Positions 27,766 to 36,828 of a stretch of 54,117 nucleotides of DNA are shown in pieces. The notes under the pieces are model-generated. The model searched no databases, had not been told where the DNA came from, and saw only the letters and a program-made list of their open reading frames with translations. The number at the start of each line of letters is the position of its first letter. Within the stretch, counting starts at the first letter, position 1. The stretch lies in assembly GCA_024695575.1 (NCBI GenBank), contig JAILHY010000186.1, positions 1 through 54,117 on the forward strand, given 5' to 3'. The DNA comes from Lachnospiraceae bacterium (GTDB lineage Bacteria > Bacillota > Clostridia > Lachnospirales > Lachnospiraceae). The position numbers and the translations under genes are program-made.

Positions 27766-29489
27766 TACGCAATATCTCCCATTTGTGATTCGTATATTTC
27801 TCTGTACATAGGACAGGTTTCAAGAAGGTGCTTGTGATCGCCGTATCCTATCATCCTGCCGTCTTCCAGGACTAAGATGTTTGTAAGGTTCATGATGGAG
27901 CTTACGCGCTGGGCCACCATGATAAGGGTGGTATCCTTAAACCCTGTCTGAAGGGACTTACGGAGTGAGGCATCGGTCTTATAGTCAAGTGCGCTTGAAG
28001 AATCGTCAAAGATCAGTATCTCGGGATTATCGGCAACTGCACGGGCTATGAAGGTACGCTGCTTCTGACCGCCGCTTAAGTTGGCGCCCTTTATGTCTGC
28101 CATGTGATCAAATCCGTCATCGAGGCCATCAACATAGTCTGCAAGCATTGCAATCCTTGCAGCATAACCGATCTCATCATTTGAAAGATCACGGCCAAAG
28201 GAAATGTTGTTGCCAAGAGTATCGTTAAAGATGGTATCATTCTGCAACGCTATGCCGAATTTGCTTCTAAGCTCCTTCTTGTCGTAGGTGCGGACATCTT
28301 TGCCGTTTATATAGACATGTCCTTCATTACAGTCGTAGAAGCGCATTAAGAGGTTAAGGATCGTTGTTTTGCCGCTTCCGGTAGCGCCGATTATACCAAG
28401 GGATTCTCCGGGGTTAATGGTAAAGTTTATGTCTGAAATGCTTTGTTCTTGGGCTGAACGGTTATATCCGAAGTTTACATGGTCAAAAACAATGTGAGCC
28501 CCGGGATCGGGACAGACAGAATCTGAATGTTCAAGTACGGGCTGATCGTCCTCAACCTTGAGAATGGCTTCGATACGGTCAGCGGATGCTGTAGCCTTGG
28601 ACATCATCATAAATATTCTGTTAAGGCCCATAACACCCTGAAGGATCATGTTAAAGTATGTAAGAAAAGCAAGTATCACACCGGGTTCGATAATACCTGC
28701 ATTGACCCTTTTGGCACCGACGATAACTACAAAAGTAAGACCGATGTTTAAGAAAAGCTGCATGATGGGTCCGGGCATTGACATGGTAATGCCGGCCTTT
28801 ATGTCAGCTTCGGTCATTTCGCGGTTTGCTCTGTCATATCTGTTCTTTTCGTAATCTTCCTTGGAAAGAGCCTTTACAACACGGATACCCTGAATGTTCT
28901 CACGCATGATCCGAACTATGTTGTCAACGTTATTCTGTACACCGGTGTAAAGGGGTATACCCTTTCTGGAAACGGTATAGATGATGGCACCGAGAACAGG
29001 TACCATTACGCAGAGGATGGCGGAAAGAGCGGGATCCATCACCATGGTGACAACTATGCCACCAAGGAGCATAACGGGAGCTCTTATTCCCATCGCCTGA
29101 ACAGAGACGATGAAGTTCTGGACATTGTATGAATCTGAGGTCATGCGGGATGTTATGGAAGGAAGTCCGAAGGAGTCGAAATTAGATCCCGAAAGGTAGA
29201 CGGTCTTGTTAAATAAGTCGTAGCGGAGTTTGCGGATACAGTCCCTGCCCACCGCCACAGCGTTGTAGTTGGCGTGTACGTTTAAGGTCCTGACAATAAG
29301 GGCCGCCAGTATCATTCCGAGGCCCCACAGGATCACAAGCTTCATGTCCTTGGTGGGCACCACCCGGTCGATGATGTGTTCAAGTATATATGGAATCATG
29401 AGCTCACAAAGAGACCCCAGGGTCTTAAGACTGATCCCCCCTGCGATCTTTTGCCAGTGCTCTTTCATATAATGAGCAATGAGATGCAT
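27765..29489 (-). CDS. ABC exporter subunit (TMD+NBD) with degenerate site; heterodimer partner
   Basis: 6 TM + GATGSGKT, LSGGQ, IFDDSSS (E to D) and VAQR (H to Q), as in TM287/288-type heterodimers; start 29489 behind AGAGG. Confidence 0.92.
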   Translation of the reverse strand: MHLIAHYMKEHWQKIAGGISLKTLGSLCELMIPYILEHIIDRVVPTKDMKLVILWGLGMILAALIVRTLNVHANYNAVAVGRDCIRKLRYDLFNKTVYLSGSNFDSFGLPSITSRMTSDSYNVQNFIVSVQAMGIRAPVMLLGGIVVTMVMDPALSAILCVMVPVLGAIIYTVSRKGIPLYTGVQNNVDNIVRIMRENIQGIRVVKALSKEDYEKNRYDRANREMTEADIKAGITMSMPGPIMQLFLNIGLTFVVIVGAKRVNAGIIEPGVILAFLTYFNMILQGVMGLNRIFMMMSKATASADRIEAILKVEDDQPVLEHSDSVCPDPGAHIVFDHVNFGYNRSAQEQSISDINFTINPGESLGIIGATGSGKTTILNLLMRFYDCNEGHVYINGKDVRTYDKKELRSKFGIALQNDTIFNDTLGNNISFGRDLSNDEIGYAARIAMLADYVDGLDDGFDHMADIKGANLSGGQKQRTFIARAVADNPEILIFDDSSSALDYKTDASLRKSLQTGFKDTTLIMVAQRVSSIMNLTNILVLEDGRMIGYGDHKHLLETCPMYREIYESQMGDIA

Positions 29490-29518
29490 TTCTTTTCCTC
29501 TTGGATAAAGCATTATTT

Positions 29519-29545
29519 AAGGCATCCCGAAAAGCAGGATGCCTT
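29519..29545. promoter_or_regulatory. Inverted repeat in the leader of the ABC exporter operon
   Basis: AAGGCATCC-N9-GGATGCCTT, perfect 9-bp arms, 30 nt upstream of the start. Confidence 0.55.
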
Positions 29546-29701
29546 GACTATTATCGCATATTTTAAAGGGAATGGTAGAGGGTTATAGAAATTTTATATT
29601 TTTCTTTTGCATATATATTTAAAAAATTAAAAATCAGCGGATTTTCAAAAGAAAAACGTGTATAATATAGCAATGGAAAAATAATCCCAAAGGGGGAAAC
29701 G

Positions 29702-30004
29702 ATGGTTAAACATATTATTCTTTGGAATCTTAAGGACGAATGCAAGCAGGATGCGGCAGGGGTTAAGGCCGGTATCAAGGAAGGACTCGAGGGTCTTAAG
29801 GGTAAGATCCCGGGACTTGTGGACATAAAGGTCAATACTGAGCCTCTGGAGAGTTCAAACTGTGACGTGATGCTGGATTCCACCTTTGAAGATGAGGCGT
29901 CATTAAAGGGTTACAGCACTCACCCCTTGCATGTTGAGGTGGCCAACACAAAGGTACGTCCTTTTACTGCAAGCAGAGTATGCATGGACTACGAGGAAGT
30001 ATGA
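29702..30004 (+). CDS. Dabb (stress-responsive A/B barrel) family protein
   Basis: MVKHIILW.LK, LKGKIPG, Y..HPLH, CMDY. Confidence 0.9.
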   Translation: MVKHIILWNLKDECKQDAAGVKAGIKEGLEGLKGKIPGLVDIKVNTEPLESSNCDVMLDSTFEDEASLKGYSTHPLHVEVANTKVRPFTASRVCMDYEEV

Positions 30005-31014
30005 CAATGTCGGATACAGAGACGCAACAGCTTAAAGCCGGGATAATAGGATGCGGCAGCATTTCCGAGGTTCACGCAGGTGTACTTTCGAAGATGAAGA
30101 AAGCCGCACTTACTGTCCTGTGCGATACGGATGAGGCTAAGGCCAAGGCCCGAAGAGACATGCATCCGGAATGCGATATAAAGATCTATACGGACTGGAA
30201 GGAACTGATTGATTCAGATGTGGATGTGTTCCATATATGCACACCTCATTATCTGCATGCACCTATGGCTGCAGAGCTTTTGAAGGCAGGTAAGGCTGTT
30301 TTTCTTGAGAAACCCTGTGCCATATCTGAGGAACAGTTCGAAGTCCTTAAGGCTGCGGACAGAGAACATCCTGGCAAGTTGGGGATATGCTTTCAGAACC
30401 GTTATAATGAAACTACGGAGATAGCAGATCGGGTAATTAAAGAAGGTAAGATCGGTAACGTGATCGGAGCCAGAGGATTTGTTACCTGGAAGCGGGATGA
30501 GGATTATTATACGAAGGATCCCTGGAAAGGATACATGGAGACTTCGGGAGGCGGAGCGCTCATCAATCAGTCCATTCATACACTGGACCTTGTGCTTCGG
30601 TATCTTGGAGAGCCGGTATCGGTTAAGGCTTCTTTAAGCAATCATCACCTTCCCGGCTGGATCGAGGTTGAGGATACGGTTGATGCCGTTATGGAGTTTA
30701 AAGGAGGAGCGAGAGCATGCTTTTATGCCTCAAACGGCTACTCCTGCGATGCGCCCGTTATCATTGAGATTCAGGGTGACAAAGGAAGGCTCACGATCAA
30801 TGCAAATACCGTTTTGCTTAACACGGAAAGCGGTGATGAGCTGCTGACCACCAAGGGGCTTCCGGGATTTGTGAAGGACTACTGGGGAAGAGGACATCAG
30901 GCCTGCATAGAGGATTTTTACGACTGCCTGATCACAGGACGCGAATTCCCCGTAAATCTTGCAAGTGCGGAAAACTCTTTTAAGACAATGATGGAGATCT
31001 ACAGCTTTAGATAA
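30001..31014 (+). CDS. Gfo/Idh/MocA family oxidoreductase
   Basis: GIIGCGSI, ICTPHYLH, LEKP, GGGALINQSIHTLD; start at 30001 (ATGA overlap) or 30007. Confidence 0.92.
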   Translation: MTMSDTETQQLKAGIIGCGSISEVHAGVLSKMKKAALTVLCDTDEAKAKARRDMHPECDIKIYTDWKELIDSDVDVFHICTPHYLHAPMAAELLKAGKAVFLEKPCAISEEQFEVLKAADREHPGKLGICFQNRYNETTEIADRVIKEGKIGNVIGARGFVTWKRDEDYYTKDPWKGYMETSGGGALINQSIHTLDLVLRYLGEPVSVKASLSNHHLPGWIEVEDTVDAVMEFKGGARACFYASNGYSCDAPVIIEIQGDKGRLTINANTVLLNTESGDELLTTKGLPGFVKDYWGRGHQACIEDFYDCLITGREFPVNLASAENSFKTMMEIYSFR

Positions 31015-31046
31015 GTCAGAAGGATAATTTCTTTTCGGAGGTATGT

Positions 31047-32201
31047 ATGGAACAGGTAAGGATTGGGATCATAGGCATCGGCGGAATGGGGTCAAATCAC
31101 GCGCGGATGCTTGCTGACGGCAAGATCCCGGAATTAAAGCTTGCAGCGGTTGCCGATATCAGGGAGCAAAGGCTTGAATGGGCAAAAGATAATCTGCCCG
31201 CGGATGTGGAACGCTTTAACGACGGCAGGGCGCTGATAGATTCGGGATGCGTGGATGCGGTTTTGATCGCCACACCCCATTATTTTCACCCGGATTTCGT
31301 GATCTATGCGCTGGAACACGGAGTTCATGCCCTAAGCGAGAAGCCTGCAGGCGTATATACCAAGCAGGTTCGCTTGATGAACGAGGCGGCTTCAAAGAGC
31401 GACAAGGTTTTTGCTCTTATGTTAAATCAGCGTACCAACTGTGTATACCGTAAGCTTCACGAGATGATCGAAAGCGGAGAACTTGGAGAGCTTAAGCGTG
31501 TCAACTGGATAATCACGGACTGGTACAGAACTCAGTCATATTATGATGCCGCAGACTGGAAGGCTACATGGGACGGCGAAGGCGGCGGAGTTCTTTTAAA
31601 CCAGTGCCCTCATCAGCTGGACCTTCTGCAGTGGCTCTGCGGTATGCCCGTGAAGGTAAGGGCTTTCTGCAGTGAAGCCAAGTGGCACGACATAGAGGTT
31701 GAGGATGACGTTACCGCTTATCTTGAGTACGCCAACGGCGCAACAGGCGTGTTCGTTACAACCACAGGCGATGCACCCGGTACCAACAGGCTTGAACTTA
31801 CCTTTGAAATGGGCAAGATCGTCTGCGAGGACGGTAAGCTCATATTTGACAAGCTTGCTGAGAATGAGCGTACTTTTTGCCGCACCGAAAAAGAAGGCTT
31901 TAAGAAGCCCGATATGACAAGGATCGAAATCGAAACGGACGGCATGAACGAACAGCACGCCGGAGTCATGAAGGCCTTCGCTGATCGGATATTGCACGGC
32001 GGCAAACTGGTGGCTGAAGGAACGGAAGGCATCAACGGCCTTACACTTTCCAATGCCATGTATCTTTCTTCATGGCTTGATAAGACCGTGGAGATTCCTT
32101 TTGACGAGGAACTGTTCCTTTCTGAACTTAACAAGCGGAGAGCCACATCTAAGAGAAAAACCGGCAGTGGTGTCGTTTTTGATACCACCGGAACCTATTA
32201 A
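31047..32201 (+). CDS. Gfo/Idh/MocA family oxidoreductase
   Basis: GIIGIGGMG, ATPHYFH, SEKPAG, GGGVLLNQCPHQLD. Confidence 0.93.
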   Translation: MEQVRIGIIGIGGMGSNHARMLADGKIPELKLAAVADIREQRLEWAKDNLPADVERFNDGRALIDSGCVDAVLIATPHYFHPDFVIYALEHGVHALSEKPAGVYTKQVRLMNEAASKSDKVFALMLNQRTNCVYRKLHEMIESGELGELKRVNWIITDWYRTQSYYDAADWKATWDGEGGGVLLNQCPHQLDLLQWLCGMPVKVRAFCSEAKWHDIEVEDDVTAYLEYANGATGVFVTTTGDAPGTNRLELTFEMGKIVCEDGKLIFDKLAENERTFCRTEKEGFKKPDMTRIEIETDGMNEQHAGVMKAFADRILHGGKLVAEGTEGINGLTLSNAMYLSSWLDKTVEIPFDEELFLSELNKRRATSKRKTGSGVVFDTTGTY

Positions 32202-32213
32202 GGAGAGAAGATC

Positions 32214-33086
32214 ATGAGGGAATATAAGATTTCAGGATTTGCGGATGAGATTGCGGATGACCTTACCACACAGCTTACGGTCCTTCGCAAGCTTAACATG
32301 AAACACATGGAAATGCGCGGCGTGGATGGAGATAACCTTGTTTTTCATAATGATGACAAGGTTAAAGAAATCAAGAAGCGCCTTGATGAGGCCGGAGTTA
32401 CTCTTTCGGCTCTTGGTACACCCTTTGGAAAGATCGGCATAGAGGATTCTTTTGACAAGCATTTCGAAGAATTCAAGCGCGGTGTTGAAGTTGCCCACAT
32501 GATGGACTGTAAGAACATAAGAATGTTCAGTTTCTATATTCCTACCGAGAACAGGGCGGAGAACCTTGTTAAATTCGAAGGCGAGGTATTCGATCGTATC
32601 GGCAGGTTCGTGGATTACGCCAAGGCCAATGATGTTGTTCTTTTGCATGAGAATGAAAAAGAGATCTACGGTGAGATGGCAAAGGAATGCCGCAAGTTAA
32701 TGGATACCTTCTATTGTGACAATTTTAAGTCCATTTTCGACTTTGCAAATTACGTTCAGGCGGGTCAGGATACCCTTGAAGCCTACGAGCTTATGAAGGA
32801 TTACACCGTTTACATTCACGTTAAGGATGCTAACAAGGCCGACGGATCCGTGGTTCCCGCAGGATACGGCGACGGAAATGTGGCAAAGATCCTCGGAATG
32901 CTTTTTGCGAACGGCTTTGACGGATTTTTATCACTTGAGCCTCATCTCTTTAATTTCAGCGGGTTTGCGGCGCTTGAGCGTGACGGAATCAGCATGCAAA
33001 AGAAGGGCAGTGACGTAATGAGCGGTCCTGAATCCTTTGAAACGGCATATAATGCACTTAATAAGATCTTACGGGAATTAAAGTAA
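32214..33086 (+). CDS. Sugar phosphate isomerase/epimerase (AP endonuclease 2-like TIM barrel)
   Basis: SGFADEI, LLHENE, FDFANY, IHVKD, SLEPH. Confidence 0.9.
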   Translation: MREYKISGFADEIADDLTTQLTVLRKLNMKHMEMRGVDGDNLVFHNDDKVKEIKKRLDEAGVTLSALGTPFGKIGIEDSFDKHFEEFKRGVEVAHMMDCKNIRMFSFYIPTENRAENLVKFEGEVFDRIGRFVDYAKANDVVLLHENEKEIYGEMAKECRKLMDTFYCDNFKSIFDFANYVQAGQDTLEAYELMKDYTVYIHVKDANKADGSVVPAGYGDGNVAKILGMLFANGFDGFLSLEPHLFNFSGFAALERDGISMQKKGSDVMSGPESFETAYNALNKILRELK

Positions 33087-33100
33087 AGAATAAAGACAAG

Positions 33101-33137
33101 AAACTCCCCGAAGCAATACGCCTCGGGGAGTATTTTT
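33101..33137. terminator. Bidirectional terminator
   Basis: CTCCCCGA-N11-TCGGGGAG flanked by AAA and TATTTTT, between convergent genes. Confidence 0.8.
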
Positions 33138-34722
33138 ATGCTACGGCTTTTTTGTAGCTTATGAAGGATAAAAGAGAATATACAAGTATCATTGCTGCCA
33201 TGATCAGATTCTGGTTAACTCTCATGCCAAGGAAGACTGTAAGAGGTATCAGCATCATGGTCCCGAACATGTTGGGAAGGAGATAGAGGGAAACAGCAGC
33301 TCCCTGTTTAACGATCTCAACTTCATTTTCCCAGTCAAGTCTCATGTGCTTTCTTCCGCATACACATCCCCAGGTCGTTGAAAAGGCGCAGAGGGCGAAT
33401 CCGCACAGAAGACTCAATATAGAAGTCAGTAACGAAACCCTTGCGGAAATGCATACACACAATGTGCCAAAGAGCATGAAAGGAACGGTGAGATACATAT
33501 TAAAGAGCATTTTGCCCTGATACAGCGTTTTGTCGGTAAGGGGCAGGCTCTTTACTATCCAGTAGTTCTTTCCTTCGGCAGAGGGGGATATGGCCGTGGT
33601 TGCAACCATACCTATGAAGAAATACATGATAAGTGGAACTGCCGGTATGAGCATTTCTTTTGTAATGGGAGCCCCCTGAAACATTTCGGTCAGAGCCTTG
33701 TCGATATCGAAAAACAAAACTGCTATGCCAAAGAGAACCGCAAATATCTCGCCCACTGCAGCGTTTGTTATATATACGGTTGAGCCTGTCATTCGCTTAA
33801 ACTCTTTAAACGCTATTGAGTTTAAAACTGATTTCTTTTTGCGTCCTGAAAGATTTGCTTTCTTTGATGCGGCGTGGCTCTTAAGCTTTGAATTGATCTC
33901 GCGATAAGATCTTCCGACCAGTATAAATAAAAGTTCAAAGAGTACAAAAGAAACGACTGTTAGAAGAAAAGCATCAAGGATATTTAAGCTTCCGACAGCC
34001 TTTGAGAACCAGTTTGCAGGAAAATAGATGCTGCAGGCCTGATCGATGGTCTCATTCATGTTCACAAGAGTTTCTTCTACCTTGTCGTTTCTGAACATGT
34101 CTTCAAACATGAATCTGATGAACATTACGAAAACAATCAGGGCAAAAGTAAGGATAACCTGCACGATATTGGTCTTCCTGAAGCCTGCGCTGATCCTTGT
34201 AATGAGGAATCCAAGAAACGAAGCGAAGAGCATGGGGATGATGGGCAGGACAAGAGAGAGCACAACCCACAGAGGATAAACAAAGAAAGCGGGTTTTGCA
34301 TATATTCCGTAACCGATCATCATAGCCAGGGTAATGCTTAAATACCAGGAAAGAGTCTTAACGTACATATATAGGAATTTGCAGCCTGCCACGGTCTTGG
34401 CCTTAAGGGGCAGAGCCATGAGCATGTCATATTCCTTAAAGTTAAAGAGATATCCGTTGGTCTTGAAAAATGTGAAAAAGAAAGCAAGGAGCGAGATTGT
34501 TAGAGCGTTGATCCCGGGGATCGCGGATTCCGCACCGATCATACCAAAGCCTATGCACATTAAAATGCAGTAAGCCATGAGCATGATGAAAAGAACCGAC
34601 ATTCCTACGGTGCCGCCTACGATACGGCCTTTCTTTTTCTTGTCTTTGCAGTGTTTGTAAGTGTTCCACTGGCTGGTTGATAAAAGAAGCGCATGTAACA
34701 GTGCGGGACTATTGCTTTTCAT
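33136..34722 (-). CDS. ABC-2 type multi-TM permease
   Basis: About 12-14 TM segments in two repeats; EYDMLMALPL and SAEGKNYWIVKSLP motifs; coupled to the ATPase gene. Confidence 0.85.
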   Translation of the reverse strand: MKSNSPALLHALLLSTSQWNTYKHCKDKKKKGRIVGGTVGMSVLFIMLMAYCILMCIGFGMIGAESAIPGINALTISLLAFFFTFFKTNGYLFNFKEYDMLMALPLKAKTVAGCKFLYMYVKTLSWYLSITLAMMIGYGIYAKPAFFVYPLWVVLSLVLPIIPMLFASFLGFLITRISAGFRKTNIVQVILTFALIVFVMFIRFMFEDMFRNDKVEETLVNMNETIDQACSIYFPANWFSKAVGSLNILDAFLLTVVSFVLFELLFILVGRSYREINSKLKSHAASKKANLSGRKKKSVLNSIAFKEFKRMTGSTVYITNAAVGEIFAVLFGIAVLFFDIDKALTEMFQGAPITKEMLIPAVPLIMYFFIGMVATTAISPSAEGKNYWIVKSLPLTDKTLYQGKMLFNMYLTVPFMLFGTLCVCISARVSLLTSILSLLCGFALCAFSTTWGCVCGRKHMRLDWENEVEIVKQGAAVSLYLLPNMFGTMMLIPLTVFLGMRVNQNLIMAAMILVYSLLSFISYKKAVA

Positions 34723-35440
34723 CGTACACCTCCAGGAATACTTCCTCGAGAGACTTGTTGCCCTTGAGTTCTTCCATGGTGCCTGAATCTATTATCTTTC
34801 CGCCTTTGATGATGGCAATCTTGTTACACAGTTTCTCAGCCACATCCAGCACGTGGGTGGAAAAGAAAATGGCTGTGCCCTGTTTGCAAAGTTCGTGCAT
34901 TATCTTTTTTAAAGAAAAAGCAGCTTTGGGATCAAGGCCAACGAAGGGCTCGTCCATAACGATGAGTTTCGGGTCGTGGATGAGAGCGGAGATTATGGCA
35001 AGCTTCTGCTTCATGCCGTGGGAGTAGGAGCTTATGAGATCCCCGAGAGCATCGGTTATCTCCAGTGCTTCTGCATATTTCTTTGTCCGCTCTTCACGGG
35101 TACGTTCGTCTATGTCAAAGACATCGGCTATGAAATCAAGATACTGAATTCCTGTCAGATTTTCGTAAAGATCGGGGTTATCAGGAATGTATGAGGTAAT
35201 CTTTTTGCATTCAACAGGCTCTGTTTTAACGGAATGACCGTCTATTAAGATCTCACCTTCAGTGAAATCAAGTACTCCCACAACAGCACGAATAGTAGTG
35301 GACTTGCCGGCTCCATTGTGGCCGATAAAGCCGTATATGTCACCGCTTTCCACGGTGAGGTTCACGTTATCAGTGGCTTTCTTTCCCTCACCGTAGACTT
35401 TGGTGTAGTTTTTAATTTCAAGGATTGGTTTCTTACCCAT
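34709..35440 (-). CDS. ABC transporter ATP-binding protein
   Basis: GHNGAGKST, YSHGMKQ, MDEPFVGLDP, STH. Confidence 0.93.
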   Translation of the reverse strand: MGKKPILEIKNYTKVYGEGKKATDNVNLTVESGDIYGFIGHNGAGKSTTIRAVVGVLDFTEGEILIDGHSVKTEPVECKKITSYIPDNPDLYENLTGIQYLDFIADVFDIDERTREERTKKYAEALEITDALGDLISSYSHGMKQKLAIISALIHDPKLIVMDEPFVGLDPKAAFSLKKIMHELCKQGTAIFFSTHVLDVAEKLCNKIAIIKGGKIIDSGTMEELKGNKSLEEVFLEVYDEKQ

Positions 35441-35464
35441 TTGGATCCTCCGTAGAAGTTACGA

Positions 35465-35662
35465 CTATTTGATGTCAAAATCAGGCTCTTCGTCGATAGA
35501 CTGCCCGACATACTTTCCGTCCTTTTTACGTTGTTTCACGCATTCCGTAAGAAGGTACTCGATCTGGCCGTTGACGGATCGAAAGTCGTCCTCCGCCCAG
35601 GCAGCTATGGCATTATAGAGTTTTTCGGACAGGCGCAGAGGCACCTGTTTTTTTTCAGCCAT
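35465..35662 (-). CDS. Arc-like ribbon-helix-helix DNA-binding protein
   Basis: Beta-ribbon KKQVPLRL followed by helices, WAEDDFRSVNGQIEYLL; 65 aa; TAATG overlap with the SPFH gene. Confidence 0.8.
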   Translation of the reverse strand: MAEKKQVPLRLSEKLYNAIAAWAEDDFRSVNGQIEYLLTECVKQRKKDGKYVGQSIDEEPDFDIK

Positions 35663-36684
35663 TAATACAGGCTCCCAGAGTTAACCACGGGCTGTGCGTC
35701 GTGATTGCCGCAGAGAACAACCAGAAGATTGGATACCATGGCAGCTTTTCTTTCTTCGTCAAGCTCAACGGTATGTTTCTCATTAAGGCGTTCAAGTGCA
35801 AGCTCAACCATTCCAACGGCACCGTCTACGATGAGCTTACGGGCATCAACAACTGCAGCGGCCTGCTGTCTTTGAAGCATTGCTGCTGCAATCTCGGGAG
35901 CATAAGCAAGATAGGTGATACGGGCATCAACGATCTCAAGACCGGCATCTGCAACTTTGCTCTGGATCTCATCCTTGATACGGCCTGCAACAACTTCTGT
36001 TGAACCTCTTAAACTTCCGTCATCTGCGGTACCGTCACCGGTGGTATCAACATTGTCGGTTACATCGTAAGGATAGATCTTAACCACGTTACGAACTGCG
36101 GTGTCACACTGAAGAGAAAGGTATTCTTTGAAGTTATCAACCTCGAATACGGCTTTGGCTGTATCCTTTACTCTCCACATAACTGCAACTGCAACTTCTA
36201 CGGGGTTACCGAGAACGTCATTAACCTTCTGACGGCTGTTGGAGAGGGTCATAACCTTAAGACTTATCTTCTTGCTTGCAGGATAACCGGTTGTAACGGC
36301 ACTTCCCTGGGCGCTGACTGTAATAGGAGAGGGTGTACCCTTTACATCACCGCTCTGACCAAGTTTGGTGCCTGCAGCGGGGTTGAAAGAAGTGCAAAAA
36401 GGATTAACCCAGAAGAAACCGTCGCCCTTGAGGGTTCCTACATATTTACCGAAGAGTGTAAGTACAAGTGCCTCATTGGGCTTTAAAACCTTGAGACCAA
36501 GAAGCAGGATCCAACCGAACAATAACCATATAACGGAGATGACCGAAAGGAAACCAAGATAGGGTTCTTCAATCCCTGCTATCGCTCCGGGAATGGCTAA
36601 AATGTAGAGAAGAATGGTCAGACAAAGAATAAGTCCGCCTGTTTTGTGTCCACTGATAATTACTTCCTTTACATTGTTTTTCAT
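35662..36684 (-). CDS. SPFH/band 7 domain membrane protein
   Basis: Two N-terminal TM helices; LFGKYVGT, KVND..GNPVE, LAYAPEIAAAMLQRQQA, MVSNLLVVLC; RBS AAGGAGG. Confidence 0.92.
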   Translation of the reverse strand: MKNNVKEVIISGHKTGGLILCLTILLYILAIPGAIAGIEEPYLGFLSVISVIWLLFGWILLLGLKVLKPNEALVLTLFGKYVGTLKGDGFFWVNPFCTSFNPAAGTKLGQSGDVKGTPSPITVSAQGSAVTTGYPASKKISLKVMTLSNSRQKVNDVLGNPVEVAVAVMWRVKDTAKAVFEVDNFKEYLSLQCDTAVRNVVKIYPYDVTDNVDTTGDGTADDGSLRGSTEVVAGRIKDEIQSKVADAGLEIVDARITYLAYAPEIAAAMLQRQQAAAVVDARKLIVDGAVGMVELALERLNEKHTVELDEERKAAMVSNLLVVLCGNHDAQPVVNSGSLY

Positions 36685-36724
36685 ACTTTTGATATCCTCC
36701 TTTGGATATGCGTGTATATTTATC

Positions 36725-36743
36725 TGATATCAGAATGATATCA
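36725..36743. promoter_or_regulatory. Tandem palindromic operator TGATATCA-N3-TGATATCA
   Basis: Two exact copies at 36725-36732 and 36736-36743, overlapping the -10/+1 region of the SPFH promoter. Confidence 0.7.
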
Positions 36744-36763
36744 TAACGATTTGCGGATGTCAA
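36735..36763 (-). promoter_or_regulatory. Sigma-A promoter of the SPFH operon
   Basis: TTGACA-17 bp-TATCAT with an extended TG. Confidence 0.8.
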
Positions 36764-36828
36764 GTATGTTCCGAATGTGTTATATTTCAAGTGTTGAGGA
36801 TTAATTATGTCGGCGCGGGAGTAAATTT

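Noticed and set aside
27765-29489. Apparently defective ABC ATPase motifs (DD, Q-switch)
   Set aside because: Normal degenerate site of heterodimeric exporters; not a pseudogene and not novel
35465-35662. Antitoxin of a type II toxin-antitoxin pair
   Set aside because: The RHH fold fits, but neither neighbour resembles a toxin; an operon regulator is the simpler reading
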